The position numbers were made by a program, and so were the translations under genes. Under the pieces are notes generated by a model. The model was given only the letters and a program-made list of their open reading frames with translations. It was not told the DNA's origin and searched no databases. This document shows positions 1 through 13,332 of a stretch of 64,000 bases of DNA, one piece after another. The DNA lies in the NCBI GenBank assembly GCA_043228905.1, contig JBHGNT010000007.1, positions 7,068,001 to 7,132,000 on the forward strand, written 5' to 3'. The DNA comes from Azolla caroliniana. Lineage: Eukaryota > Plantae > Polypodiophyta. Positions within the stretch are counted from its first letter, which is position 1; each line of letters begins with the position of its first letter.

Positions 1-2014
1 CTATTACAAGGGCGAGTCATCCGAAAGGACTCCTGACATAAGTGATTCAACAAATGTCGGTCGGCTGAAAGAGACAATCGAAGGATCCGAACTGATCATT
101 ATGACAGTTAGAAGATCTGGACAAAATCGAAGGCCGATAGAGTTCTATCAACCGGGCTTGACTACGTCAACCCTAAACCCTAAACCCACATGGAGTCGAC
201 TATGACGAGATATTTTCTCCAGTAGTCAAGATGACCACCCCTCGACTCCTACTCGAGGTCGTGGCGACAGAAGACCTATAGTTGGAGGAACTAGACGTCA
301 AGACGACTTTCCTACACGGAGATCTGGAAGAAGACATTTACATGTCTCAATCGGTAGGCTTCACGGTGACAGTGGAAGAAAGTAACCTCGTATGTCGTTT
401 GAAGAAAAGCCTTTATGGCTTAAAACAAGCACCGAGGATGTGGTACCAGAAGTTTGGCTCCTACATCCAACAGCTCGGCTACAACTGGTCTGACTTCGAC
501 CCATGCCTATATACTAGCAACTGATCGACGAGTCCCAGATCTATTTGATCCTATACGTCGACAACATGCTAATTGCATGGAGTAATCAAGTTGAGATCGG
601 AAAGCTAAAGCAGAGTCTTCATGACAAGTTTGCGATGAAAGAACTTGGACAAACCCGACATATACTAGGCATACGATAGAGCGAAATCAGAAGACAAAGA
701 CTCTTCAACTCTCCCAGTCTGACTACATCCGAAAGATGCTGAGACGCTTCAACATGGGAAATTCCAAGCCAACACTTTCTCCTTTGACGGACAAGGAGAA
801 AGAGCTTAATGGAAAGATACCCTACGCATCGGCCGTAGAAAGTATCATGTACGCGATGCTAGCGACTAGACCCGACCTTGCCTATGTCGTAGGGGTCGTC
901 AGATGGTACATGTCAAACCCAGGATGAAAGCATTGGGAGGTCGTCAAGCACATCTTCAAGTACCTCAGAGGGACCGAAGATGCACAATTGACTTTCAGAT
1001 CGGCAAACCTGACCGAAGTCAAAGGCTACACCGACTCCAATTACGCCGGGAATTCGGACAATCAGAAGTTGACATCATGCTATGTTTTCACCTATGGCAC
1101 CAACGCTATATCATGGAGGTTGAAGCTTCAAGAGTGCATGGCCTTGTCGACCATAGAGGCCAAGTACATAACATCATCAGAGGCAACGAAGGAAGCAATA
1201 TGGTTGTACCGACTGTCAACCGACTTCTTAGCAACAAGTCGAATTGACCATCTAGCGTCGACCATCTACTACGACTCACAAAGTGCAATACACCTCATCA
1301 ATAATTATGTCTATCATGCGAAGACAAAGCATATTGAGGTGCGATATCATCATATCGGAGAACTTGTAACCGAGAAGAAGCTCGAAGTCTAGAAGATCGA
1401 CACCGAGGTGAACATTGTCAATTGCCTGACAAAGTCACTCCCAAATCAATGTGTCGGAGCATTTAGGACAAAGATGGGACTATGACAAGAGATCAAGTAG
1501 AAGAAAGACGAATAAGGAGCATAAGGTAAGTCGAAGATCTTACCGATTCAAAGAGCCGAACCGGATGACTAGCCGAATCAGGCTAGATACCAACTTTATC
1601 TCTGCGGACTCGGCTATGTGCCGAACGACTTGTAACCATAATTTTAGATTGAAATTGTAATCTAGGTTTACGAGGGAGATAACCCCATACAATTGCAATT
1701 AGAATGCGCAGTTCTTTTACGGGGGAGTTTGTTGACATAAAAGGTTGACTCCTTCCACCTTGTATCCTTACTAGTGTGAACAGGTCCAATAGTTAGGGCT
1801 TGAGTATATAAGCCCAAACCTAACTTTGTAATACATGTTGCTTGATCATCTTGTATCATGAGTCTCCGAGTGAGAGAAACACGGAGAATAATGAGGATCA
1901 CCATTGAAGCTTAACTTCATGTCTATCTATTCTTTTAGCTACATATCCGTGTAAGTTGTTTGTTGTGCATAACTGATAGGTCCTCAAATGTTCTTCCACG
2001 CATATTTGCTCACA
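1..2014 (+). mobile_element. Ty1/Copia LTR retrotransposon, 3' part (degenerate RT/RNase H, PPT, 3' LTR ~1730-2014); same family as 5894-18680
   Basis: ORF fragments LDVKTTFLHGDLEEDIYM, LKKSLYGLKQAPRMWY, GYTDSNYAG, YHAKTKHIEVRYH with stops and frameshifts. PPT ACGGGGGAG at ~1719-1727, then TGTTG at 1730. Right LTR end inferred from similarity to the LTR at 18394-18680. Confidence 0.9.
169..187. repeat. Interstitial plant telomeric repeat (CCCTAAA)x2.7
   Basis: AACCCTAAACCCTAAACCC read directly; it lies at a deletion junction in the Copia pol. Confidence 0.8.
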
Positions 2015-5000
2015 CGTTAGAGGTGAAGGAGTCATATAAATGACACATTATCCGATGGATATGATCATGGCAATGAGTGTTGGATATAAGACTGTAAATT
2101 GTAATATTATCTTCCATTATGTCTAAAAGTGTTTGTTTGACAAACAACAATGGGCTAGTTGCCTTAGGTGGAGACCTTAAAATGGCAACCCATTTCAAAT
2201 ATGGCATATTTTTTCTATACAATGATTATAGAGCAAAACTTCCTTACATGCCCAACTACTAAAACCATTCGAACTCTTACGTCACAACTTTGGACATTGC
2301 TAATTGGGAAAATGTTGCCACCCTTTTTAATGTGTTATTGCTTGTGGGGCAATGTTTTACCCTCCCAATAATATAAGGTATGTCTATTTGTTGTGATTAT
2401 TGGGTTTTGTTTCACAATCAGACTATGAGAAATGGGTTTTTTCATGGTCTCTATTTAGTACCAAAAATAGTTTAGTAGGCTAAAAGAATTTTTAATTGCA
2501 ATTAAGCTCGATTAGCATTTCGTTCTCTAAGTTGTCGTCTTTATGTCACTTAGTCTCACAACTCATTAAGGTTTTAGCTTTTCAACATCCTCACTATTGA
2601 TGTTTTATATACACTTTGCTTTTGAGAGAGAGAAAAAGAGAGACTAGGTCTAACCCCTACATTCCACAGTGGCATCTAGTGAACTAAAAGGATATGTATG
2701 AAGTATGTAATAGAGAGGTGTGAGAGAGAGAGGGTTGTCAATAGTTTTAGACTATAGTGTCAATTTCATACACCTATGTGACATGTAATGAACGAGAGTT
2801 TAAATATGGTGCAACCAAAATGTTTTAAAGGAAGAATTTCAACCCTAGCTTTGTATTAGATATCCAAAATAGGCTACTCCTATGACAAATCCTATATGAG
2901 AAAAAGAAAGAGAGTGAGGTTTGTGCCAATTTCTTATAGGTGTCGTTCCTTTTCTAATGGGCAAGTTCAAAATTTTCATTTCAAACATGACTAGAAACCT
3001 TCATGAATTATGTTTTTCACTCACTATAATATTTAGAATATTTAAAAAGTGAGATGAACTTCACCAAAATGATACGTCTATGAATGGAGGGAATTCATCT
3101 TCCTCCCTTTATGAAATCTATAGGGATATACGTCAAAGCATCAAATGTACGAAAAGGGAGGGCGTGCTTACGCAAACATAAGATTTATAAGTAGGTTTTA
3201 TCATCACCCTCAAAGGTTAAAATGACCATTTGAATTAAGGAGCTTATTTCGCACAACTTTTTTCAGGATTCAAACATATGTTAATTCTGCTACAAGAGAT
3301 ATAAACATCACCATTGCGGAGTTATTTCCTTTCTCTCCAAACACTATTCACAATTATAATATGTTATATTGCGTATTGGTAGTGATGCTACTTGTTTGTG
3401 CATCATATATATACCCCATTCGATGATTCATAGCATCTTCAAGCGTGCTTGAGTCTTGTCATGCATTTGTAATGAACACGTCTAATCTTCAATCCTATAT
3501 ACATACAAAACATCATGGTGGTAATTTTATTTTGCATATAATCATGCTTAAATTAAATCCTTACATCTAACATAAAGATTCCTCTATGTCTATATTTTCT
3601 CATTTTTCAAAAAACTTCAATGCATAAGATTAAATTACATGTACTCTTCATTTTCTTTTCTAGACTCTTGCCTTTTGTCTCAAGGTCCACATATAGCTAT
3701 AGCCTATGATATATGTGAGTGTATTTTATTTCTTGCTTATAGGGATTTGAATTTAAGAGTGGTATTTTCCACTAGTTATGAGCAATACATAAATGAATAT
3801 CATTATGTTTCAATGCTCAAGCTTATTCCATAAGTGTAAAACCAAGATTTAACATGTGAAAAGGCCCAATAAATTACATACATGCAAATTAGCGGGATGG
3901 GTGCAAAGAATCCCAAATCATTCAACCAATGGAATCATTGGCTTTTGAACTATTTGCTTAATCTATAGGCAACGATCATGTGTGCTTTAGCCCATCATAA
4001 AAGGAATAGGGGGTAATTTGATATGCATGAGTTTATGTTGATTAAATACAAGGATATAGTTCGAAAACTTCAAAAGTAATGTGGTTTCATACATCACTCA
4101 GAGAACTTGAACTCGATATGAAGACTACATGGTGAAAAGGATATAGGTCCTATTGTTATGGTCATAACCTTACAAACAAATTCTATGGCTAATTTTAATG
4201 GGTCAAGGGTAGGATTGTTGCAAAACCGGTTATCCCGGGATTTGGAACAAACCCATATGGACCTATGACATATGGGAACATGTAGTGGTTAGGGAGCCTT
4301 AGGTATTGAGCTATATAAAGGGGAATATATACCCCATTCTTTATGACATTTTGAGATGTTTTCGATATTCTATTAGCAAGGCTAAGCTCTCTTCGTTGGA
4401 TCCGTTATTCAACATCCAAGGTATACCATAAGGTAATATTTGGTGGTATGGAACAATGATGGCATTTTACGTTTGTCACATGTCCTTTGCTTGGGGGTTG
4501 TCGGTTTGGTTAAGCATCAAAACAATTCAACTTCAAAGAAAATCCTTTGTTAATATTTTGCAAAAATCTGTTGGAAGATGTTGAAAAGTGACTAGGATCA
4601 CAAGGGATGTACACCAATGAAGATAACTTGTCAAACCCTTTGAGATATGTAGATTTGTACCTAAGCCTCATTGTTAGTCCCAATCAATTTTGGAAGTAAA
4701 ATATGGTGTTATCCTAAGTAGACTTGGGAGTAAGCTTTGTAGGTAGCATTTGTTGGTAGTTTTATTTGATTGCCTTTGTTATTAGCTTCATTAATTACCA
4801 TCATTGCTAGACTTCATTTGTCGCCTTTGTTAGAAGTATTGCTTTGCTAGTAGGGTTTGTTAGTCTCTTTGCATGTAGTAAGGCCAAAACACACAATGTG
4901 AGGGAGGAAGACAAGAAAAGTGGTTATGGCAAAACCCCCCAACTTCAAGCATATGAAGAACAAGGGCATGTAGAATACCTCTTTGTTATGCACACATAAC

Positions 5001-5893
5001 ATAGGCGAGGGTAGGCACTGATATTTACAGAACATAAGCGAAGGGTATGTCACTAATGTTAGAAAGGGACTAATGTGATTGGATAGAAGGAATGATAGGT
5101 GCGTGCATTATCATGATCTTGAAAACCAATAAATGGAGAGTCTTTTAGAAATGAAAAGGTTTGTATTTCATATTTTTTCCTTTCTTTCTTCTTTATGTTT
5201 GCATGACATGTTTCTATTGTATGAAATAGTTGTAACTTGTAACAATGGTAATTATCATTGTGCACGGGGTCGGGCGTGTTTGCACTAATAACACATGCTC
5301 AACCCATGGCCCTTTTGCAAATTGTGTTGTGTATTCCACTCTCCCCTCAATTGAGCCATCTCTTGGCCGATTCTATAGGATGCAATGGTCATCATGAGGT
5401 GCATGTCTACACCCTAGGGATTCTTACTTTAGGGCTCGCTTAAAGTTTCACACAAAACTATTTTTTCTTTTTCCAATTACACTTCCTCATGATCGTTCTT
5501 GTAATTTCCATCTCCCCACCATCACTCAACTCTATTTTTTACCGTTCATTTTCATGTTTAACCCTACATTATTCACATGCATTTAACTATGAGTGTAACG
5601 ATACCATGAAGAGCTATTCTTAAGAAAATTTAGGTTAGGAATAGAGAATGGGCATCATGTTATCTTTTGAACAATTGTTTCAAATTGTCCTGTAGGTTAT
5701 GTCATTTGAAGTGACTCATCTCAAAACACATGAGTTCACCACCATGATGCTTTTGACATGTATTTGAGTACTTTATGTTTGCACACAAAAACACCACCGC
5801 TTGTATTAATTTGTGGCCTTACATCCATAATTGTGCAAATCACCATCACCATATATTTGATGGATATGTGCATACATCACACTCTCCATTTAG
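2015..5893. mobile_element. Old, heavily decayed TE-derived sequence, including an LTR-like block at ~4130-4510
   Basis: AT-rich, CpG-depleted, no long ORFs. 4300-4510 resembles the LTR-like blocks at ~20740-20965 and 28810-28975. Confidence 0.35.
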
Positions 5894-6033
5894 TGAAAGA
5901 CATATATGCGCGAAAACGTATGTGAGGACCTGTCAGTTATGCTCAGCAAACAACACGGTGGGAAGGCAAGAAGATATAAACAAATGATAGATACACATAG
6001 ATAAAGCTTTAACGGAAGCTCTATTTATTTCTG

Positions 6034-6067
<34 letters not shown>

Positions 6068-6200
6068 GACTCGATGTACAGGATGGTCAAGTGATCTCTT
6101 CTTTACAACATTAGCTTATTGCTTATATATTAAGCCCTAACTATATGGACGAGTTCACACTAGGATACAAAGTGGAAGGAGTCGGTCTTTTATGCCAACA
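5894..6200 (-). repeat. 3' LTR of Copia 5894-18680
   Basis: Direct repeat of 18394-18680, adjacent to the PPT. Confidence 0.93.
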
Positions 6201-6439
6201 AACTCCCCCTTAAAAGGACTACTCTTTCCTACATGTAGATGTGTTTGGGATTGTCTCCCCCGTAAACCTAGATTACAACACTAATTTGGATTTATGTTAC
6301 AAGCGATCGGCATATAATCGAGTCGGCATAGATGAGGTTTGTGTCGAGCCTAGCATGGCTCATTATTATGATTGATTTGGTCGACTCTTACATTATGCTC
6401 CTCGTTTGGCTTTCTTCTGCTCGGTCGCTTGTCGTAGTC

Positions 6440-8525
6440 CCATATTTGTCCTCAGTGCTCTGAAGCATTGATCTGGGAGTGGCTTTGTTAGGCAATCAAA
6501 GATGTTCACCTCAGTGTCGATCTTCCGGATTTCGAACCTCTTCTTAGTTATAAGCTCCTGGATGTGATGATATCGTGCCTCAATGTGCTTCGTCTTTGCG
6601 TGATGGACGAGATTGTTAATGAGGTGAATTGCGCTCTACGAGTCGCAATAGATGGTCAACGTTGGTCGGTCGATTCGGCTTGTAGATGAGAAGTTGGCAG
6701 ACAGTCAGTGCAACCAAATTGCTTCCTTCGCTGCCTTCGATGCTGCTATGTACTCGGCCTTTGCGGTCGACAGGGTCGTGCACTCTTGAAGCTTCAACCT
6801 CCATGATATCGGACTGCCACCATAGGTGAAAATATAGCTTGATGTTGACTTCATTGTCCATATTTTCGGCATAGTTAGAGTCAGTGTAGCCTTCGACTTT
6901 GGTTGAGGTTGTCAAACCGAAATTCAGTTGTGTATCTTCGGACCCTCTCAGGTACCTGAAGATATGCTTGACAACCTCCCAATGCTTCTGTCCTGGTTTT
7001 GACACGTACCGGCTGACCACTCCTACGACATAGGCTAGGTCGGGTTGGGTCGCCACCATTGCGTACATGATACTTCCTACTACCGATACGTAGGGCATCT
7101 TTCCATTAAGCTCTCTCTCCTTGTCTGTTTAAGGAGAGTCCTTGTTTGATAGTCGGATCGACGTCGGAAGCGGTGTTGCTGTTGGCTTCGCATTCTGCAT
7201 GTTGAAGCGCCTCAACACCTTCTAGATATAGTCGGACTGGGAGAGTCGGAGAGTCTTGGTCGTCCAATTTCGCGTGATCCTCATGCCCAGTATGTGACGA
7301 GCTTGTCCAAGTTCCTTCATCGTGAACTTGTCGTGAAGGCTCCACTTCAACTTTCCGATCTTTGCTTGATTGCTTCCTGCAATCAGCATGTAGTCGACAT
7401 ATAGGATTGGATAAATCCTAGACTCATCAGCCAATTGCCAAACATACATACATGGGTCGGAGTTGAATCGGTGGTATCCAAGCTGCCTAATGTAGAGTCG
7501 AACTTCTGGTACCACATCCTCGACGCTTGTTTCAAGCCATAAAGACTTTTCTTTGGTCTACATACAATGTGACTTTCCTCTACTGTCGCCGTGAAGCCTG
7601 CCAGTTGAGACATGTAGATGTCTTCTTCCAGATCTCTGTGTAGGAATGTCGTCTTTACATCCAACTACTCTAGCTCTAGGTCTTCTGTCGCCACAACTCC
7701 TAGTAAGAGTCGGAGGGTGGTCATCTTGACTACTGGTGAGAATATCTCGTCGTAGTCCTACCCCGTGTTCTTGTTTGAACCCTTTCGCGACAAGCCGAGC
7801 TTTGTACTTGGGTTTCTTTGAGTCAGATACATATTTGTATCGGAAAACCTATTTGCAAGGTAGCGGCTTTCTTCCAGCTCCCATGTTTGATTCTTGTGAA
7901 TCAAGTCCATTTCGGATTTCATGGCTTGGAGCCATGTTTCGGCATCCGTTGCGGCCATAGCTTCTTCATGAGTGCTTGGTTCGCCTGCATTGGTGTAGTT
8001 GACGTAGTCGAGGTGCGGTTGAAAAAACTCTGTTGACCTTTGAGCTCGTCTAGATCTCCTGGGTGCCGAGATAAGTGGTTTGGATTCTCCGATCGGTTCT
8101 GTTGGGCGATCGGTATTTTTTGAACCATTTGTGTCGGGATTGTTAGGTGACCCGCCCCCAAGTTGGGATTTCGGTGGTGTCACGTTGTCCTCCCCTATGG
8201 ACTTTGTCGACTCGGTTCTGTTTCCTACTCGCATCTTGTTCACTTTGCCTTCTTCGACTATTTTCGAATCGGCGCTGTCTTTAATGGATTTGTCTTCGAG
8301 TTTGACTAGTGGACTTCCTACCGATTCGGAGTTGGCAGGTATGTTGTTGGCTTGGTCAAGTTCGATTGTTGATCGAATCTCTGAGTCGGTTGGGTGGGAT
8401 GGTCCTTCTACAACATCTCTGTCGACTTCGAAGGATACATTTTTATCAACTATTTTTGATGGTTCTGCTAAGAGAAGATAGATTCTTCATTGAAGACTAC
8501 ATCACTACTCCGGATTAGTTTCCGG
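6440..8525 (-). pseudogene. Copia integrase C-terminus, RT and RNase H (disrupted)
   Basis: LDVKTTFLHRDLEEDIYM, ILYVDYMLIAG, PYVSVVGSIMYAMVATQPDLAYVVGVVSRY, EGYTDSNYA; several frameshifts. Confidence 0.9.
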
Positions 8526-9151
8526 TGTCGCGTTGTTACACACGTACGAGTAGAAAGGGGCGGGACCACGGGGGTCTTGGACCGAGGAGCGAGAGAGAGA
8601 GATACAGAGAGAGAGAGAGAGAAAGATTCACCGACACGTAGAAGCGAGGAAGAGAGAAACGAGACGTAACACTTAATTATAATGACAGATATTACAAAAC
8701 CCTAACAGTTACAGCCGACGAGGCGGCGACGGACCCGACACGGGGACCCTACTCACGCACCCCGACGACAGTCACCCGACTCCAAGAAACAAAGGGAAAA
8801 GGGAGCGACTCTGCTGGAAGCACACGGGCTGTCCACGGGCTGCCCACAGGCGGCGACGGACCCACAAAGAACGACCGCCCGAGGAGTAGAGAGAGAGCTC
8901 GGCTTTTCTTCTGCAACAACACTCCCCCCTCATTCTCCCTCGCGCGCGATACCTATTTTTCTCTTCTCTTCTTCCTTTTATTCCCTGTCCCCTCTCTGGG
9001 ATACGCACAATCCCCTCTAATAAATGTGCGTGGGATAGTAGTCACGTCCATCGGTTCATGTACAAAGTATACAGTCACGCGTCCATCCGTGTAGGGGCCG
9101 GTTCGCGCGCTTTCTCTCTGATTCCGCCTGTGGCCGGTTTTCTTCACGACA
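8526..9151 (-). repeat. 3' LTR of Gypsy 8526-16141
   Basis: TGTCG...CGACA termini; direct repeat of 15500-16141. Confidence 0.95.
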
Positions 9152-9792
9152 TCCACCCCCACCAAACCGCGCATCCACCGGTATGCGCCAGAGACGGGTA
9201 GATATCGAAGAAACCCGGCCTCACTCGTTGCTCTCCGGTTCTCCGCCGGACCCGAACTGATTGTCGCTGTCGCTCCCGCTCGCAGGCTCTGGCTCGTCTT
9301 CGAACCGCTTTTTGAAAGCTTTGATCCGCTTTCCGACCATCGGCACCGCTAACCGTGTTCCGTTGAGTTCCACGAGGTGGTACGTGTCGTTGCCGTTCGC
9401 GCTCGTCACCATGTAGGGCCCGAACCATCTCCTAGCAAACTTCCGCACCGCCTTGTGCTGATTGTCGAGGCTGCCGTCGTATACTAAGACCCAGTCGCCT
9501 TCCTCGATCTTCTTTGGTCGCAACCGGTGCGTCCGGTTGAACCGGATCTTGTTCCGCTCCCTTGCCGCTCGCAGCCTTTCCTTCGCCCGTATCACGTCCT
9601 CCAGCCTCCGCTCGAGTTGCCGAATCCGCGCCGCCAGCAACTCCTCCTAGCTCATTTCGTCCTTCCAATCTACCACCGCCCACGAAGAAACCGTCCGCTC
9701 CACTGGCATGATCGGCTTTTGTCTGTACATCAGCTCCACCGGCATAAACCCTGTCATCGAACTGTGCGTAGTCCGGTTCGCCCATAGCGCGT

Positions 9793-10405
9793 TGTCGTGA
9801 AGAAAACCGGCCATAGGCGGAATCGGAGAGAAAGCGCGTAAACCGGCCCCTACACGGATGGACGTGTGATCGGATACTTTGTACGCGAACCGGTGGATGT
9901 GACTACTAAGCCACATGCATTTATTAGAGGGGATTGTGCGTATCCCAACGGGGGAGAGGGGATAAAAGGCAAGAGGAGAAAGAAAAGAGGGGATCGCGCG
10001 CGAGGGAGAGGGGAGAGGTTGCTGCAGAACAAAAGGGAGAGCTCTCTCTGCGACTGGAATCGTCGCTCCCTGCGGGTGTCGGGAGGTCGTTGCCTCTGCT
10101 TCGTGGACAGCCTGTGCGCTTCCAACAGAGTCGCTCCCCTTCCCCCTTTGTTTCCTTGAGTCGGTGACTGTCGTCGGTGTGCGTGAGTAGGGTCCCCGTG
10201 TCGGGCCTGTCGCCGCTTTGTCGGTTGTAACCGTCGGAGTTTGTAATCTCTGTCATTATAACTAAGTGTTGCGTTCTGTTTTCTCTCTTTCTCGCTCCTA
10301 CGTGCTGGAGAATCTCTCTCTCTCTGTCTCTCTCTCTCTCGCTCCTCGGTCCAAGACCCCTGTGGTCCCGCCCCTTTCTACACGTACACGCGTAACAACG
10401 CGACA
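9793..10405 (+). mobile_element. Solo LTR of a sister subfamily of the same Gypsy family, inserted antisense into its integrase
   Basis: Reverse-complement homolog of 8526-9151. TSD GCGT (9789-9792) / ACGT (10406-10409); removal restores WPRLLPYALWANR. Confidence 0.9.
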
Positions 10406-13266
10406 ACGTAAGGAAGGAGTCGCGGCCAATTCCCGACCTGCCCACCGCATGCATGCACCAATGCCTTTACAATCGGTCCGTGCCCACGTTCCACCTTTCC
10501 GTTCACCTCCGGATTGTACGCCGTGGTGAGGGAGAGTTTGACGCCTAGCCGGTCGAACAGCTCCTCGGCCTCCCGCGCATCCAGCTCTCCTCGGTCCGCC
10601 ACGATCCTCCCGATGCACCCGTACCGACACACTACTTCTTCGATCAAGAACCGGCATACCGCCGTGGTTGTCTTGCTTTGCAGCGCACAACCTTCCACCG
10701 GGTTCGTTAAGTCCTCTCGTGCAAGCGCCAGGTATCGCATCTGCCCTACCCCCATCGGCATCGTCACCAAGTTGACCATCCGCTTGAAATGGACCGTAGG
10801 AGCATAGGTCGGGTGTAGCTTGTCCCGGTGTCGGACTACGGAGTGCATCTGACAGCTTTCACAAGTCGTCACGTACCGATGCACGTCCTGGTATAGCCCC
10901 GGCCACTAGTACTTCTCCCTCAGCTTCTCGAAAGTGGCCCACGTTCCGCGGTGTCCGGCCTAGGGGCTCTCGTGAAATGCCGCCATTAGTTTCCCCTGTT
11001 CTTCTTTCCTTGCTACTACTCGGAGTGGAATGTTGCGTCTCTTCTTTGGATGCCTCCATATGTACCCGTCCCGCAGGAAGAATCGGTACGCCTTCCTTTG
11101 TATCCGGCTCGCCTCCTCTCTCGCCCATGCCGCGTCTGGCGTCATCGTCCGTAGGAACCTCCCGATTTGGAGCCACTCCCCGTCGTACCTACTTTCGTCA
11201 AAATCATTAAGCGCCGGAGTATCCCCTTCCCTCGTCGTTACGTTAGCTGACCCAAAGAAGTCCTCGTCGACTTCTTCGTCATCCGAAACCATGCCGTCTT
11301 CGTCGTTGAACCTTGCCCTCGAAAGCATGTCGGCCATGGCGTTGTCCTTTCCGGAGATGTGCCGTATCTCCGGGTTCAGGGACTTAATGTACGCGATCCA
11401 CCGGAGCATTGCTAGGTCCGGCGTCGCGCATCCGGAAACCATGCCAAGTATCGGCAGGCAGTCCGTCTCGATGATCACTTCCATCCCGATAAGATAATCC
11501 TTATCGGCCTTGACTGCCGAAACGACACCCCAAAGTTCGCGCTTAACTTGGGCGTACCCTCGCTGCCGCTCACTCAATACCTTCGCCCCGAAACGGATTG
11601 GGAATCGTATGCCGCCCTTGTCCTCCTGACTGATTACCCACCTGATCCCGGTCGGGCTGGTGTCCACCGTTACGTAGATGGGAATATCCTTGCCGTAAAC
11701 CGCTTTATGGAGAGCCGGCGCTGCTGTAAGCGCCCCCTTTAGTCTCTGAACTGACTCCGTGTGCTCCATCCTCCACTCAAAGCTACGCCCCTTTTTTAAT
11801 AGTCCGTAGAGGGGTTCCGCGACATGTGCGTAGTGCGGGATCCAGATGTGGTAGAATGCGCATGCCCCCAAGAATCTGTGGACCTCCGTGACCGACCCGC
11901 AAACGTTCCTCATCGCGGAGATGGCCTCTACCTTTGCCGGAGACGGTTTCCTACCGCAAGGCCCGCACAGGTGTCCGACCACCAAGATCTCCGACTGTCC
12001 GAAGGCCGACTTTTCCCCGAAGAAGGTGAGCCTTGCGCGCTCCAGTCTCTGCAGCACCTTCTCATAGTCATCGATGTGAGACGCCACGAAATTCCGACAT
12101 CCGTCTGGCTCGATTGCCTCGTCCCTTTTCTCCACCGAGCATCCCTTGATCGGGATGTCGTCTAAGAACGGCATGGTGATGTCCGGGATACAATCCCTGA
12201 GCACTTTGTTCATCGCGTTCACCATGTGAGCCACTGAGTTCGTCCCTCCTTGTGGTAGGGTACACATCCGCACCAAGCCGAGAGGCGTCCGCATCGTCGT
12301 AATGTCTCTGCTCTCCATAGCTAGTTGGAACTGATCGTACCCCGAGCACAGATCACCGACAGAATAGATCGACCTTCCAGCGAAGGCCTCCGCGAACTCG
12401 TCTATGGTCGGTCCGATTCCTGCGTTATAGATGGTCACCTTGTTGACCGGTTGTAGGTCCTAGATGAAGCGTAGCGTGCCGTTCTTCTTCGGCACCGTAA
12501 ACCACCGATTCGAATACGGGGCACTCGACGGTTCGAGAATGCCCATCTCCACCTTTTGCTTTAGGAGCTCCATCAACTTCGGGATGTGAGCTCTTGGCAC
12601 CGGAATCGGCTTGAGATTCCACGGTACATGCGGTACCGTGAAGATCACCATCGGTTTGACAACCGTTGGGTCTACGCACCCGATCTCCTCCGGCGAGAAT
12701 GCAAAAGCCTTCCCGTGCCTCCCGAGCATTCTCCGAAACCGGTCCTCCTCCTTCGGCAGTAGGAAGCTGCCCCCACCGACCTTGAGCTCCCGTAGCGTTA
12801 GGTCGGTGAACCGGTGCCCTATGCCAGCCGGATTTCGTAAACTTGGGTCCGACGCGACCCCTTTTATCCGCTCCTCGCTGCCCTCCGGCAAGGGTGCCGC
12901 GACTGGCCTCACCTTCCGGTCCACAGTCTTGTATTTTGTATCCACGCGGGCCGTTCGATCCGACCCAATCCTTTCCCCGAAGTCCACGATGACTTCGTAC
13001 ATTCCCATTGACCCTACCGGAACGGTCCGGTCTTCCCTACGGTCTTCACCGATCACCTTTCGTAGTTCGCCCAAGGTGTCGTCAAAAGAGACCACCTCCA
13101 CGGCGCCGCTGATGTCCTCGTCGGGGAAGAGGACTCCGCATCCCCTGAGCCGCTCCTCCGCTCGCTTCCTCTCCTTGCTGCTGACGTTGGTTATAGTACA
13201 ACCTCCGCTGTCAGAGAGCCAAAATTTCCTACCTATGGTACAGGTCTTCTTCCGTACTTTACATTT

Positions 13267-13332
13267 GTGGGGTTCTTCCCGGGTGTCCGGACTATCGCGG
13301 CCCCACGCCTTGATAGCCCCTTCTAAAAATCC
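13267..13332 (-). promoter_or_regulatory. Candidate -1 programmed ribosomal frameshift signal (G GAU UUU plus stem-loop or pseudoknot)
   Basis: Heptamer 13332-13326 directly before the gag-PR stop; -1 frame open into pol; stems GGGCTATC/GATAGTCC and GTGGGG/CCCCAC. Confidence 0.7.

Larger units (their letters stand above)
9221..13332 (-). pseudogene. Gypsy pol (RT, RNase H, integrase), few stops, split by a solo LTR
   Basis: DLCSGYDQ, LPQGGTNSV, MPFLDDIPIKG (RT); VTVDTSPTG, ETDCLP, NAMADMLSR (RH); H..GH..CESCQ and ADRGE..AYNPEVNGKVERGH (IN). Confidence 0.92.

Noticed and set aside
2900-3600. Possible DNA-transposon transposase remnant
   Set aside because: Too decayed to identify a diagnostic motif or termini by eye.
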